Below are positions 16,628-25,076 of a stretch of 33,988 nucleotides of DNA, one piece after another. The DNA is from Candidatus Thorarchaeota archaeon (GTDB lineage: Archaea > Asgardarchaeota > Thorarchaeia > Thorarchaeales > Thorarchaeaceae), in NCBI GenBank assembly GCA_016840855.1, contig JAEORO010000121.1, forward strand, positions 1-33,988, given 5' to 3'. The position numbers and the translations under genes were made by a program. A model generated the notes under the pieces. It searched no databases. It was not told the DNA's origin and saw nothing but the letters and a program-made list of their open reading frames with translations. Numbering within the stretch: the stretch's first letter is position 1; each line of letters opens with the position of its first letter.

Positions 16628-17806
16628 CTAATCCAATGTTGGCTTCTTTGAGAATATGTAAGTAGCAACCAAAATCGCTACAACTGAGAATCCAAACAGA
16701 GTGAGAACTCTGTCAATAACCTCAATCAGGGATAGTCCTTTGAAAGCTGTGTCAATCAGAAGGTTAAGTCCTTGATTCATTGGCAAGATTGAATCTAATA
16801 TTCCTACATCAATGAAAAATCCTGAAAGAATCAGAGTAGCAAATAATACGAAGAGAAACATCTGATTCGCTTGTAATCTAGTACCTGCAACTGCTGAAAT
16901 TAATATCCCTGTGGCTGAACCTGTGAGTGAACTCAGGCTCATAATGATCACAAGAGAGATGAAACTTGTATTGAGATTAAGATCGAATGCTAGTACCCAC
17001 AAGGTAACCAATAGAAGTGACTGGAAGAAACCAATGATAACATATCCAAACACTTTAGCTACTATTACCTCCAGTCTACTAGTTGGTGTTAGAAGCATTC
17101 TTCGAAGTGGTGTATCACCTACGATTGATTGTGCTGATGTCATTGCAATCCCAAGATAGCTTGAAAAAATAACAATGAAACCTCCAAACACACTCTCTAG
17201 GTACCCCCCTTCTGGTGTGAACTCAATAGTCACGCCGGGAAACACCTCTGATCGAATCCAGAGTTTTGATGCTCTGAATAGGATAGTTCCTGCTTGCACA
17301 ATTCCTTGAATGGAAGCTGATCCCAGTAAATCGTTGCCATCATAATGCACTTCGATGTATGTTGGCTCATTTATTGTGAGGTTGGCTTCAAATCCGTCAG
17401 GAATAACGATGTATGCGTCAATTAATTGGTCGTACAGTGCTCTATATGCATCAGCTGTACTATTATAGAGTGTCACATTTGCCAATTCATCAAAGAAACC
17501 AGTCAAGTTCTCAGAAAGGTCATCTCCGTCATAAGTTCTAGTTGTATCTAAATCCACTACACCAAGCAAAATTCCACTTCCTGTAGTGGTTTCATTGTCG
17601 TCGCCACCACCACCTATACCTCCCCCTCCTCCAAGCCCCATACCCCCCATGCTACTGGACTCTGTCACATACCAGAGCATGCCAATAAGTGCAGCTGGGA
17701 GCATGAAAATCAGAAGCAGTGCAACTTTATCCTTTACTATTAATCGAAGTTCTTTCACTACCATATTTCTGATGCGTCGGGATGGTTTTGTGAGAACTTC
17801 TGCCAT
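16628..17806 (-). CDS. ABC-2 type transporter permease (YhhJ/GldF-like) with large extracellular loop
   Basis: N-terminal KELRLIVKDK plus TM1, extracellular loop (GVVDLD...YIVIPDGF), LRRMLLTP...VIVAK coupling region, five further TMs, LSGFF and LPM motifs. Confidence 0.9.
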   Translation of the reverse strand: MAEVLTKPSRRIRNMVVKELRLIVKDKVALLLIFMLPAALIGMLWYVTESSSMGGMGLGGGGGIGGGGDDNETTTGSGILLGVVDLDTTRTYDGDDLSENLTGFFDELANVTLYNSTADAYRALYDQLIDAYIVIPDGFEANLTINEPTYIEVHYDGNDLLGSASIQGIVQAGTILFRASKLWIRSEVFPGVTIEFTPEGGYLESVFGGFIVIFSSYLGIAMTSAQSIVGDTPLRRMLLTPTSRLEVIVAKVFGYVIIGFFQSLLLVTLWVLAFDLNLNTSFISLVIIMSLSSLTGSATGILISAVAGTRLQANQMFLFVLFATLILSGFFIDVGILDSILPMNQGLNLLIDTAFKGLSLIEVIDRVLTLFGFSVVAILVATYIFSKKPTLD

Positions 17807-18014
17807 TATGCTTCCCTCTTTTTTGTGGTGGCTCTAGAACCAACTCTGGTTTCTACAATTATACTTGACGAAGGCAACCTTTGGTTTAACTCTATTAAGG
17901 ATTTAGCACTTATCATCTAGCTCATGATTAGGGGCTTAAGTCGTTTTTTCGGTAGCTAACCTAGACATACAAATAAATGACGATGGCAGTAAATCTTTTG
18001 TATTATTATAAGAA

Positions 18015-20375
18015 GTGAATATCTTCCAAACGAGGTTCCTTGAATTGGTTGTTGATGATTCTGCCCGTTTGCAGCGTTTTAGAAGAGTGGCACAGAATCA
18101 TAGATTACAATTACCAACCGCTAAGATGCCTGCAGGTTTGGAGATAAGTCATTTAAGAGATCAAATCAACGCTTCCGTTTATCTTGAGGCTAAGCCCTGG
18201 ATGCTTCCCTCTTGGGTAAACCTCACCTTGAAAGGCTTGGACAGGGAAAAAACACTATTATCTACACTACCAAATAACACCTTTCGGAATTGGTCACTGA
18301 TAGGTGGAGTGGGTACTAAAAACTTCGGCATGACTGACTCACGAGGATTAGTAACAGGTATTCCAAGCTGTGGCGCAATAGATGTCTGGGTTCTTGGACC
18401 AGATGGTATCATTTTTCCTGCACTCATGGGGAAAGACGAACCACAGCTAGAACTTGTTTCGACGGAAGATCAGCTCTATGAATGGAAGACATACATTCAA
18501 TCAGTCGAGTTCACCAGACTTGTCTACCATGTTGAAGACCAAGGTGTTGACTTCCTTTACAACGAGGTAGTTATGAAGAACATCTCGCTTGAATATGCGA
18601 AATTGACCTTCTATTTTACTCTGAGACCCATGTCTGTGTTAGGCTTTGAGCCGATTGAAACAATAGAATTTGATGCCAAGACAAACCAGATTAATGTCAA
18701 CGAACTTCTAGCGCTTCAGCTTGATACTGCGCCATCGTCATTCTATCTGGTTAATGCAAACGACAGCTCTATTCCGGAGATTATTCAGTCTGACAAAATC
18801 AGGTATGATAACAAGATTTCATCTAAAGAAATGTTAGGAACCGCTATTCTGAAATTTGATGTTGAGCTTCCCCCTGCAGGAACTAGGTCTATGCTCTTTG
18901 CTTCACCTCTTGAATTAATCCCCAAAGATGTATCTACAAAACATAGACCCGATAGTCATAATCGAGACATTTCGATCAGAAAATGGTATGAATTTTCCAA
19001 GAAACGTGGTGAAGCTCTCTTCCCAGATGGGAAGCTGGATACTGTCCTATCACAGGCTTCTGCTTGTCTTGCCATTCAAGCTTGTTCAGTCCTATTTCCA
19101 GATGCTTCAGATAATACACAACTCATCTTGAATTGGAAGGATCGAATGAGAGTTCTCCTTGCATTGATTAAGTCTGGCGGAATTGATGTGGTCCACCAAA
19201 TTACACACAACATAATCCTAACTTTTCAGAGCTCGAAAGGCATCTCAGAAGCTACAATGGTTTCCCCAATGCTATGGGGGCTTCTAAAAATGCAAGGATA
19301 TTCGTTAAAGAGGGAATCTCTTCAAGATGTGCATAAGTACCTTGTATCTCTTGTTGAAAACTTAATTACCAAACTTACTGCGGACTATTCTGGAAACCTA
19401 AGAGCCCGCAGCATTTCTAATGAGTTGTCTGAAAGTGAAGCTGAAGATGTACCACTTGAACACTATCGTCTTCTGAATACCCAATTATTGACAGAGTTCA
19501 ATGAAGCACTTTGGGATCTAGCAGCGCTTAAGGAGAGTCTAGCCTACTTTGTACTGACTGAAGTGGCCCTATCTTCAAAAATCAAAAATACAATATCCCT
19601 TGTTGAAAAACATGCGCAAGAGCAACTTTTCGAAATTCAAACAGCAAGATGGCCACGTCGCAATGACTCTCGCATGCCTGAAATTGATAGGACATTACTG
19701 GACATATTGACAAGTGTTATTCAACTCACAAACTATGGATTTGACAAGGCTCTTCTCAGATCTCTGTGTAAGGATATATCCAAAAGGCGCCTTGTACGAG
19801 GTCTTTGGAAAACGCATGAAACTGATGAATTTCCCTCAAGTCATCTTGCTCTGAGACTTGCGCAGTTCCATGTTTGGGATAAACAGCGTGATCTAGCTGA
19901 ACCTCTTCTCCAAAGGGCTCTTCAATTTCTCTCTGAAGATTATCTCCTGCCCGATTTTGTAAACCCTCGAACTTTTGGAGGTGCTAATGGAGATGGGGCA
20001 AGCGTACTAGCAGCTGCAGACCTCATTTTGCTTATCAGTGACATGCTTGTTCACGAAGACCAAAACAACCTTGTCTTTCTTGCGGGCATACCAAGTGAAT
20101 GGTTTTCAGCAAAGAAACCCCTTCTGATAGGTGGACTTCCCACTCGGTTTGGAAAAGCGCACATTGACATAGGAATGTCCGCAAATCAACACCAGATTGA
20201 AACTGGAATGGAAATTCTCCCTGATGAGATTGAAATTCATCTACCTGATAGCGTCCCGATAAGGATGGTGAAAGCATATGGTGGAAGTATTGTTGACAGA
20301 GCTGAGAACGACAGCTCCCCTTACATTCGACTAATTCCCTTGTCAAATGATGTTGTACTAACATATCACCGATAA
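18015..20375 (+). CDS. Six-hairpin (alpha/alpha)6 glycosidase-like protein, motifs appear degenerate
   Basis: N-terminal beta-rich region (RNWSLIG...DSRGLVT...IDVWV), helical middle, and C-terminal LVFLAGIPSEWF...LPTRFGK resembling six-hairpin glycosidase C-termini. Confidence 0.6.
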   Translation: MNIFQTRFLELVVDDSARLQRFRRVAQNHRLQLPTAKMPAGLEISHLRDQINASVYLEAKPWMLPSWVNLTLKGLDREKTLLSTLPNNTFRNWSLIGGVGTKNFGMTDSRGLVTGIPSCGAIDVWVLGPDGIIFPALMGKDEPQLELVSTEDQLYEWKTYIQSVEFTRLVYHVEDQGVDFLYNEVVMKNISLEYAKLTFYFTLRPMSVLGFEPIETIEFDAKTNQINVNELLALQLDTAPSSFYLVNANDSSIPEIIQSDKIRYDNKISSKEMLGTAILKFDVELPPAGTRSMLFASPLELIPKDVSTKHRPDSHNRDISIRKWYEFSKKRGEALFPDGKLDTVLSQASACLAIQACSVLFPDASDNTQLILNWKDRMRVLLALIKSGGIDVVHQITHNIILTFQSSKGISEATMVSPMLWGLLKMQGYSLKRESLQDVHKYLVSLVENLITKLTADYSGNLRARSISNELSESEAEDVPLEHYRLLNTQLLTEFNEALWDLAALKESLAYFVLTEVALSSKIKNTISLVEKHAQEQLFEIQTARWPRRNDSRMPEIDRTLLDILTSVIQLTNYGFDKALLRSLCKDISKRRLVRGLWKTHETDEFPSSHLALRLAQFHVWDKQRDLAEPLLQRALQFLSEDYLLPDFVNPRTFGGANGDGASVLAAADLILLISDMLVHEDQNNLVFLAGIPSEWFSAKKPLLIGGLPTRFGKAHIDIGMSANQHQIETGMEILPDEIEIHLPDSVPIRMVKAYGGSIVDRAENDSSPYIRLIPLSNDVVLTYHR

Positions 20376-20434
20376 AGGGAAGTATGTCCATCAGGTAGTA
20401 AAGAATCGAGAGAGTGAAGAACCTACCATGTTTC

Positions 20435-20457
20435 CATAACGCGGAAGAGGCGTTATG
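20435..20457. terminator. Hairpin between convergent genes, possible bidirectional terminator
   Basis: cataacgc-ggaagag-gcgttatg, a perfect 8-bp inverted repeat. Confidence 0.5.
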
Positions 20458-20460
20458 AAT

Positions 20461-21336
20461 TCATATATCGATACGTACTGGTGTCTGGTCATCATGCCAT
20501 TCCCAGACATCTAAAATGCATTTGGTGTCTTTTGGAATCCCCTTTAATTTAAAGCCTGCAAAGAGATACGCGCCGTCTATATACCTCCTGTCTTTTCCTT
20601 GAGGTAATTTCTTGAGAAATTCAATAGCGGCACTATCATACTCTCTTGCTACAATTATGGCTCTTGCTGGAAAATACGGTTGGACCAACATCTCATCCTT
20701 TCTCATGGTTAAGACAGCAAAATTGTCCAACGAGTCAATGAAGTCGATTATATGCGCCCTTCCAGCTCGTGTATCAATAACCTTGACAAAACTATAGTTC
20801 TCCCCAAAATGTCCCGCTGAGTCACTTCCGTTTGAGTCTTTTCTTCCAGCATCAATTAGTAAATCCACAGTGCCTTGAGAACCATCTTGCTTCATTAGAC
20901 TAGGTCTGATTGAAACTTTCCCATCATACTCATTTTGAATGAATTCTGAAACTCTAGTTATGAAGGGATTCTGGATTTTTCGAAGGTATTGGTCAGCAAC
21001 CTCTGTGAACTCGCTGTATAACGTTGTTGAAGCTTCTGAACTCAAACCACTCTCTTCAAACTGTCTTCCTAACTCATCTGCCAAGGAATAGGCTTGTTCG
21101 TATTCTTTTTTCTTAGGTGCAATGAGTGCAGTTACAATCTTGTCTCTAGGAGCTAAATAAATCACCTTTTCCTCAGTGGTGAAGGATGATAATCCTCCAA
21201 ATTTCATCTCTTTCGTGAAATGTGCAATAGCTGCTATGAAACTAGAAAATAACGAAGGGTCTGTCTTTGTCTTCATTCTGGAAAATAAAGGAACTCCTGC
21301 TGCTGCGTCGAATATGACTATTCCTTCAATATCCAC
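20461..21336 (-). CDS. Longin-like domain fused to a restriction-endonuclease-like fold
   Basis: N-terminal GIVIFDAAAGVPLFSR...DPSLFSSFIAAIAHFTKEM...LSSF is a typical Asgard longin pattern. The C-terminal VDLLID...FVKV...IIDF...RAIIVAREYDSAAIEF resembles an Mrr-type PD-(D/E)xK fold. Confidence 0.7.
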   Translation of the reverse strand: MDIEGIVIFDAAAGVPLFSRMKTKTDPSLFSSFIAAIAHFTKEMKFGGLSSFTTEEKVIYLAPRDKIVTALIAPKKKEYEQAYSLADELGRQFEESGLSSEASTTLYSEFTEVADQYLRKIQNPFITRVSEFIQNEYDGKVSIRPSLMKQDGSQGTVDLLIDAGRKDSNGSDSAGHFGENYSFVKVIDTRAGRAHIIDFIDSLDNFAVLTMRKDEMLVQPYFPARAIIVAREYDSAAIEFLKKLPQGKDRRYIDGAYLFAGFKLKGIPKDTKCILDVWEWHDDQTPVRIDI

Positions 21337-21403
21337 ACGAGCCAGCTCCGAGATGAATTCAAATATTTAATATTTAACCATATCTGAGATTACAATCCAG
21401 TAA

Positions 21404-22117
21404 TTACGGTTCGGTCTCTGAAACAGGCGTGTACGGCATTGCTACAAGTGTTTTGAAGAGTCTCTGGTCATAGAATGGGGCTTGTCTGTTTAGGCATGCT
21501 ATTATGGTGCACCGAGAGCATACGAATTCCACTAATACTTTCATATCTGGATTATTGCCTACTGAAATCTCAAACAGTTTCTTTGATGGAACGAAGAAGG
21601 TGGTCTTCTTTTCACCGAGTGTACCGATGGCTGTGCTGTAAATGGTGTCGAGAAATCCTGGCTTTGTTCTCTGCGTTGCATGAAGGTTGGCCATCAAGAC
21701 CATGATAGTAGCAACAGAACAAGAGAGTGCATAGTTCTTAGGATCCCATGATTTCTCATATCCTTCTTCTATCACCCCTGTTTCCCACAAACGGAACATC
21801 TCGAGTCCTGGTTTTTTCTCGTGTTCTAATATGGACGTAACTATCTTTCCTCCTTCTTTTTTTGGACCTGCACGATAGGAAACACCCCGTGGAACATGTG
21901 AAGACCGTCCGCAGAAGCAATACCATCCACCCTGTCTAGCCTGTTTTCCAATCAATTGGAGAAGTGCTTGATTCTCATCCAGTGGTCGGTCAATCTCATG
22001 TGCTGGAACCCAGATTGTATGATCCTCACACCTTAGTTCTCCACAGAGTGCACATGGAAACACTACCTGATTGGTTCGAGAATATCCATATCGTATACAT
22101 TCTGCGCAGTTTGTCAT
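21404..22117 (-). CDS. Hypothetical protein with N-terminal AN1-like zinc finger and additional Cys motifs
   Basis: C-x2-C-x14-C-x2-C-x4-C-x2-H-x6-H, then CFC and CSRC-x4-C. Confidence 0.65.
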   Translation of the reverse strand: MTNCAECIRYGYSRTNQVVFPCALCGELRCEDHTIWVPAHEIDRPLDENQALLQLIGKQARQGGWYCFCGRSSHVPRGVSYRAGPKKEGGKIVTSILEHEKKPGLEMFRLWETGVIEEGYEKSWDPKNYALSCSVATIMVLMANLHATQRTKPGFLDTIYSTAIGTLGEKKTTFFVPSKKLFEISVGNNPDMKVLVEFVCSRCTIIACLNRQAPFYDQRLFKTLVAMPYTPVSETEP

Positions 22118-22229
22118 TATTCATCAGTCCCTTCTATTGAATAAGTGCAATGATTGTGTTAATGTCTTCCTACGACATTCACGAAGCCTTATGAGTTAAA
22201 TAGGATGACCAAAACGAGGAGAAATCACG

Positions 22230-23825
22230 ATGACAAGATCTGCTGAAAAAATCTATTCATCGGATTTTCTGGTGATTGGTAGTGGGTTGGCTGGTCAGTT
22301 ATTCTCTCTCAAGGCTTCTGAACTCGGAACAGTCAACATAGTTACCAAGGACCGTCTCACAGAGTCTGCCACCATAAGAGCTCAGGGTGGAATAGCGGCC
22401 GTTGTTTCTGCTGAGGACTCGATTGAATTGCATGTCGCTGATACTATCCGTGTTGGAGATGGTCTCTGCCATCGTGATGTAGTGGAGCAGATTGTAACAG
22501 ATGGCCCAGCAAGAATTCAGGAACTAGTGACTTTAGGTGTTGATTTCTGTGACGAAGAGTCCACTGGAGAGTATGAGCTTGGACTTGAAGGAGGCCATAG
22601 TAAACGTCGAGTTTTACATGTGAAAGATCATACTGGCGAAGACATCGAACTTGCACTAGCAAAGAAAGTAGAACGCGCATCTGGCATTACCATATACGAA
22701 AACCATATGGCTGTAAACCTCTTCGTACGAAACAATCGTGTCTATGGTGCATATATTCTCGACCTCAACACAAACGAGGTCGAGCGGTTCACCGCTAAAG
22801 TTGTTATCTTAGCAACTGGTGGGGCGGGCCGAGTCTTTCTCTACACGAGCAATCCTGACGTAGCCACTGGCGATGGCATCGCTATGGCTTTCCGTGCTGG
22901 CGCTACAGTAATGAATCTTGAGATGGTCCAATTCCACCCAACACTTCTGTATCATCATAAGATTCGTTCCTTCCTCATATCAGAAGCACTACGGGGTGAG
23001 GGTGCACGTCTCTTGGGACCTGATGGAAAGAGGTTCATGCAAAACTACCATGAAGATGAAGAACTTGCGCCTCGCGATGTTGTTGCTAGAGCAATTGACA
23101 CAGAACTAAAAAAGACTGGAGCCGATCATGTTTGGCTTGATATCACATTCAAAGATCCTGATTATATCAAAACCCGATTTCCACACATCTACGAAACCTG
23201 CCTTCAAGCTGGTATCGATATAACAAAATCTCCAATTCCAGTAGTACCCGCTGCACATTATATAATGGGTGGGGTTAAGGCTGACATCAATGGACGAACA
23301 GACGTGTCTGGTCTCTATGCGATTGGTGAAACTTCGTGCACTGGCTTTCATGGTGCAAACAGACTAGCTTCCAATTCGCTCCTTGAAGCTGCAGTCCTCG
23401 CGCACAATGCATCAGTTACTGCAGCTGAGGAATCAAAAACCATAATTGATCCTGTTGAGATTCCTCCGTGGGACCCAGGTGAAGCAACAGACCCTGATGA
23501 ATTAGTCGTCATCTCTCATTTATGGGAAGAAATACGGCGAATGATGATCAATTATGTTGGAATTGCCAGGTCGAACAAGCGACTTATTCGTGCTCGAAAT
23601 CGGATTGAGTTCATCCAGAAGGAGATAAACGAGTTTTATTGGGACTTCAAAATCACTCCGGACCTTGTCGAGCTCAGGAATATAGCTCTAGTCGCAGAAC
23701 TCATTATCAGGATGGCTCGGATGCGTCGAGAGAGTAGAGGCGCTCACTACAACATTGACTTTCCTGAGAAATCAAAAGAGATAGTTGATACTATCATGCG
23801 GAAAGGATACGCCGCCATCGAATGA
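22230..23825 (+). CDS. nadB: L-aspartate oxidase
   Basis: GSGLAG FAD motif, AQGGIAAV, EGGHSKRRVLH, QFHPT, LISEALRGEG, ELAPRDVVARAI, HGANRLASNSLLE, ESRGAHY. Confidence 0.95.
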   Translation: MTRSAEKIYSSDFLVIGSGLAGQLFSLKASELGTVNIVTKDRLTESATIRAQGGIAAVVSAEDSIELHVADTIRVGDGLCHRDVVEQIVTDGPARIQELVTLGVDFCDEESTGEYELGLEGGHSKRRVLHVKDHTGEDIELALAKKVERASGITIYENHMAVNLFVRNNRVYGAYILDLNTNEVERFTAKVVILATGGAGRVFLYTSNPDVATGDGIAMAFRAGATVMNLEMVQFHPTLLYHHKIRSFLISEALRGEGARLLGPDGKRFMQNYHEDEELAPRDVVARAIDTELKKTGADHVWLDITFKDPDYIKTRFPHIYETCLQAGIDITKSPIPVVPAAHYIMGGVKADINGRTDVSGLYAIGETSCTGFHGANRLASNSLLEAAVLAHNASVTAAEESKTIIDPVEIPPWDPGEATDPDELVVISHLWEEIRRMMINYVGIARSNKRLIRARNRIEFIQKEINEFYWDFKITPDLVELRNIALVAELIIRMARMRRESRGAHYNIDFPEKSKEIVDTIMRKGYAAIE

Positions 23826-23841
23826 AAGGAAGATTTTCATC

Positions 23842-24363
23842 ATGAGTGGTCGTGAACATGCAATCTCATTCATGCTACCAGTGACTGTCATGATTTTCAT
23901 TCCTTGGCTCTTGATGTGGATTTCTGAAGATGCGACGATAGGTTGGTTTCTTCCATGGCCTCTTGACTTGGTAGTTTTGTTGATTGGTATACTCCTCCTC
24001 CTCCTAGGTATGGCTCTATTGGTGACCTGCATTAGGATGTTCGCCATTATTGGCAAAGGGACTCTTGCTCCATGGGCTCCAACTCAGAAGCTTGTTGTGG
24101 TTGGTATCTATCGGAACATGCGTAATCCTATGATCACTGGAGTGCTCATTGGATTGTTTGGAGAATCCATAATCCTCTCTAGTTATGCAGTGTTTCTATG
24201 GACTATGTTTTGCTTCCTAGGAAATCACATCTACTTCATCAAATCTGAGGAACCTGGACTATTGAAACGGTTTGGGGATGAGTACAAGACATATTTTGAA
24301 AATGTGCCAAGATGGTGGCCTAGAAGAACTCCTTGGATACCATTTGAAACACAAAGTGACTAG
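23842..24363 (+). CDS. Isoprenylcysteine carboxyl methyltransferase (ICMT/PEMT) family membrane protein
   Basis: GKGTLAPW, LVVVGIYRNMRNPM, EEPGLLKRFGDEY...VPRW. ATG 23842 avoids the long overlap with nadB that the ORF-track start 23785 would create. Confidence 0.9.
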   Translation: MSGREHAISFMLPVTVMIFIPWLLMWISEDATIGWFLPWPLDLVVLLIGILLLLLGMALLVTCIRMFAIIGKGTLAPWAPTQKLVVVGIYRNMRNPMITGVLIGLFGESIILSSYAVFLWTMFCFLGNHIYFIKSEEPGLLKRFGDEYKTYFENVPRWWPRRTPWIPFETQSD

Positions 24364-25067
24364 AATGGGTCCGAGTGTGGTGCGTTTCTCCATCGGTTAT
24401 TGTATTCGTTCGCTGGTCCTCTTGGTGCTTTCTTGTCACCCCATCTCCCTTTGAAATTACTAAAATTCGTCTGGTCTAGCAACTTGAGATTCTCTTGCGT
24501 GTTCCAGACAAATCCTCCTTCTGCTATCTTGTCACAGAAAAATCTAGCATAGCATCGAGGTCTACTCTTTGAGGACGGATAGTTTGCGTGTGTACCTAAG
24601 GCTACCCAGATATTGATTTGTTCATCGCTCAGAATCGCATCTTCTCGAGCAAAACCCTCCAGAGTCTTCGAGAGTGAAGCAAGTCGAGCTTCAAAGTGGT
24701 TTGAAAGAATCCAAATTGTGTCCTCCATCTTAGTTGATTCATAAAACCGAACCTCAAGATTCTCCCAGTCTCCAACATGTTTACCAAGGCGAAGTGGTGC
24801 GCCTGGAAAATCATTGTAACGATACCAGAACCAATATCGAATCTGGATGAGTTTCGCATCTATCCAAAACTCATAGTAGCAGGGCGTGGATGAAACCAAT
24901 TCCTTGGGGGCTCTGTCTTCAACAAAAAGATTCCAGTTTCTACTATACTTCGAATATGTTTCCTCTGCATCAGATGGATAACAGCAGAACTCTCCCTCTT
25001 TTGGATGGAAGTGTAATAGCGGCGCAAATCTCCTCGCAAGACTCTGGATGTCAATGGAATTGTCCAT
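24360..25067 (-). CDS. Vps62/DUF946-like protein
   Basis: FAPLLHFHPKE, YWFWYRYN, GKHVGDWE, ALGTHANYP, FKGRWG and PRGP motifs. Confidence 0.8.
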   Translation of the reverse strand: MDNSIDIQSLARRFAPLLHFHPKEGEFCCYPSDAEETYSKYSRNWNLFVEDRAPKELVSSTPCYYEFWIDAKLIQIRYWFWYRYNDFPGAPLRLGKHVGDWENLEVRFYESTKMEDTIWILSNHFEARLASLSKTLEGFAREDAILSDEQINIWVALGTHANYPSSKSRPRCYARFFCDKIAEGGFVWNTQENLKLLDQTNFSNFKGRWGDKKAPRGPANEYNNRWRNAPHSDPF

Positions 25068-25076
25068 TCCACATCT

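Noticed and set aside
16610-16640. In-frame TAG between permease and ATPase (GAT TAG GTG ATT ATG) as readthrough giving a fused transporter
   Set aside because: The stop overlaps a GGTGA ribosome-binding motif well spaced from ATG 16615, so ordinary translational coupling suffices. Worth revisiting only if the genome encodes pyrrolysine machinery.
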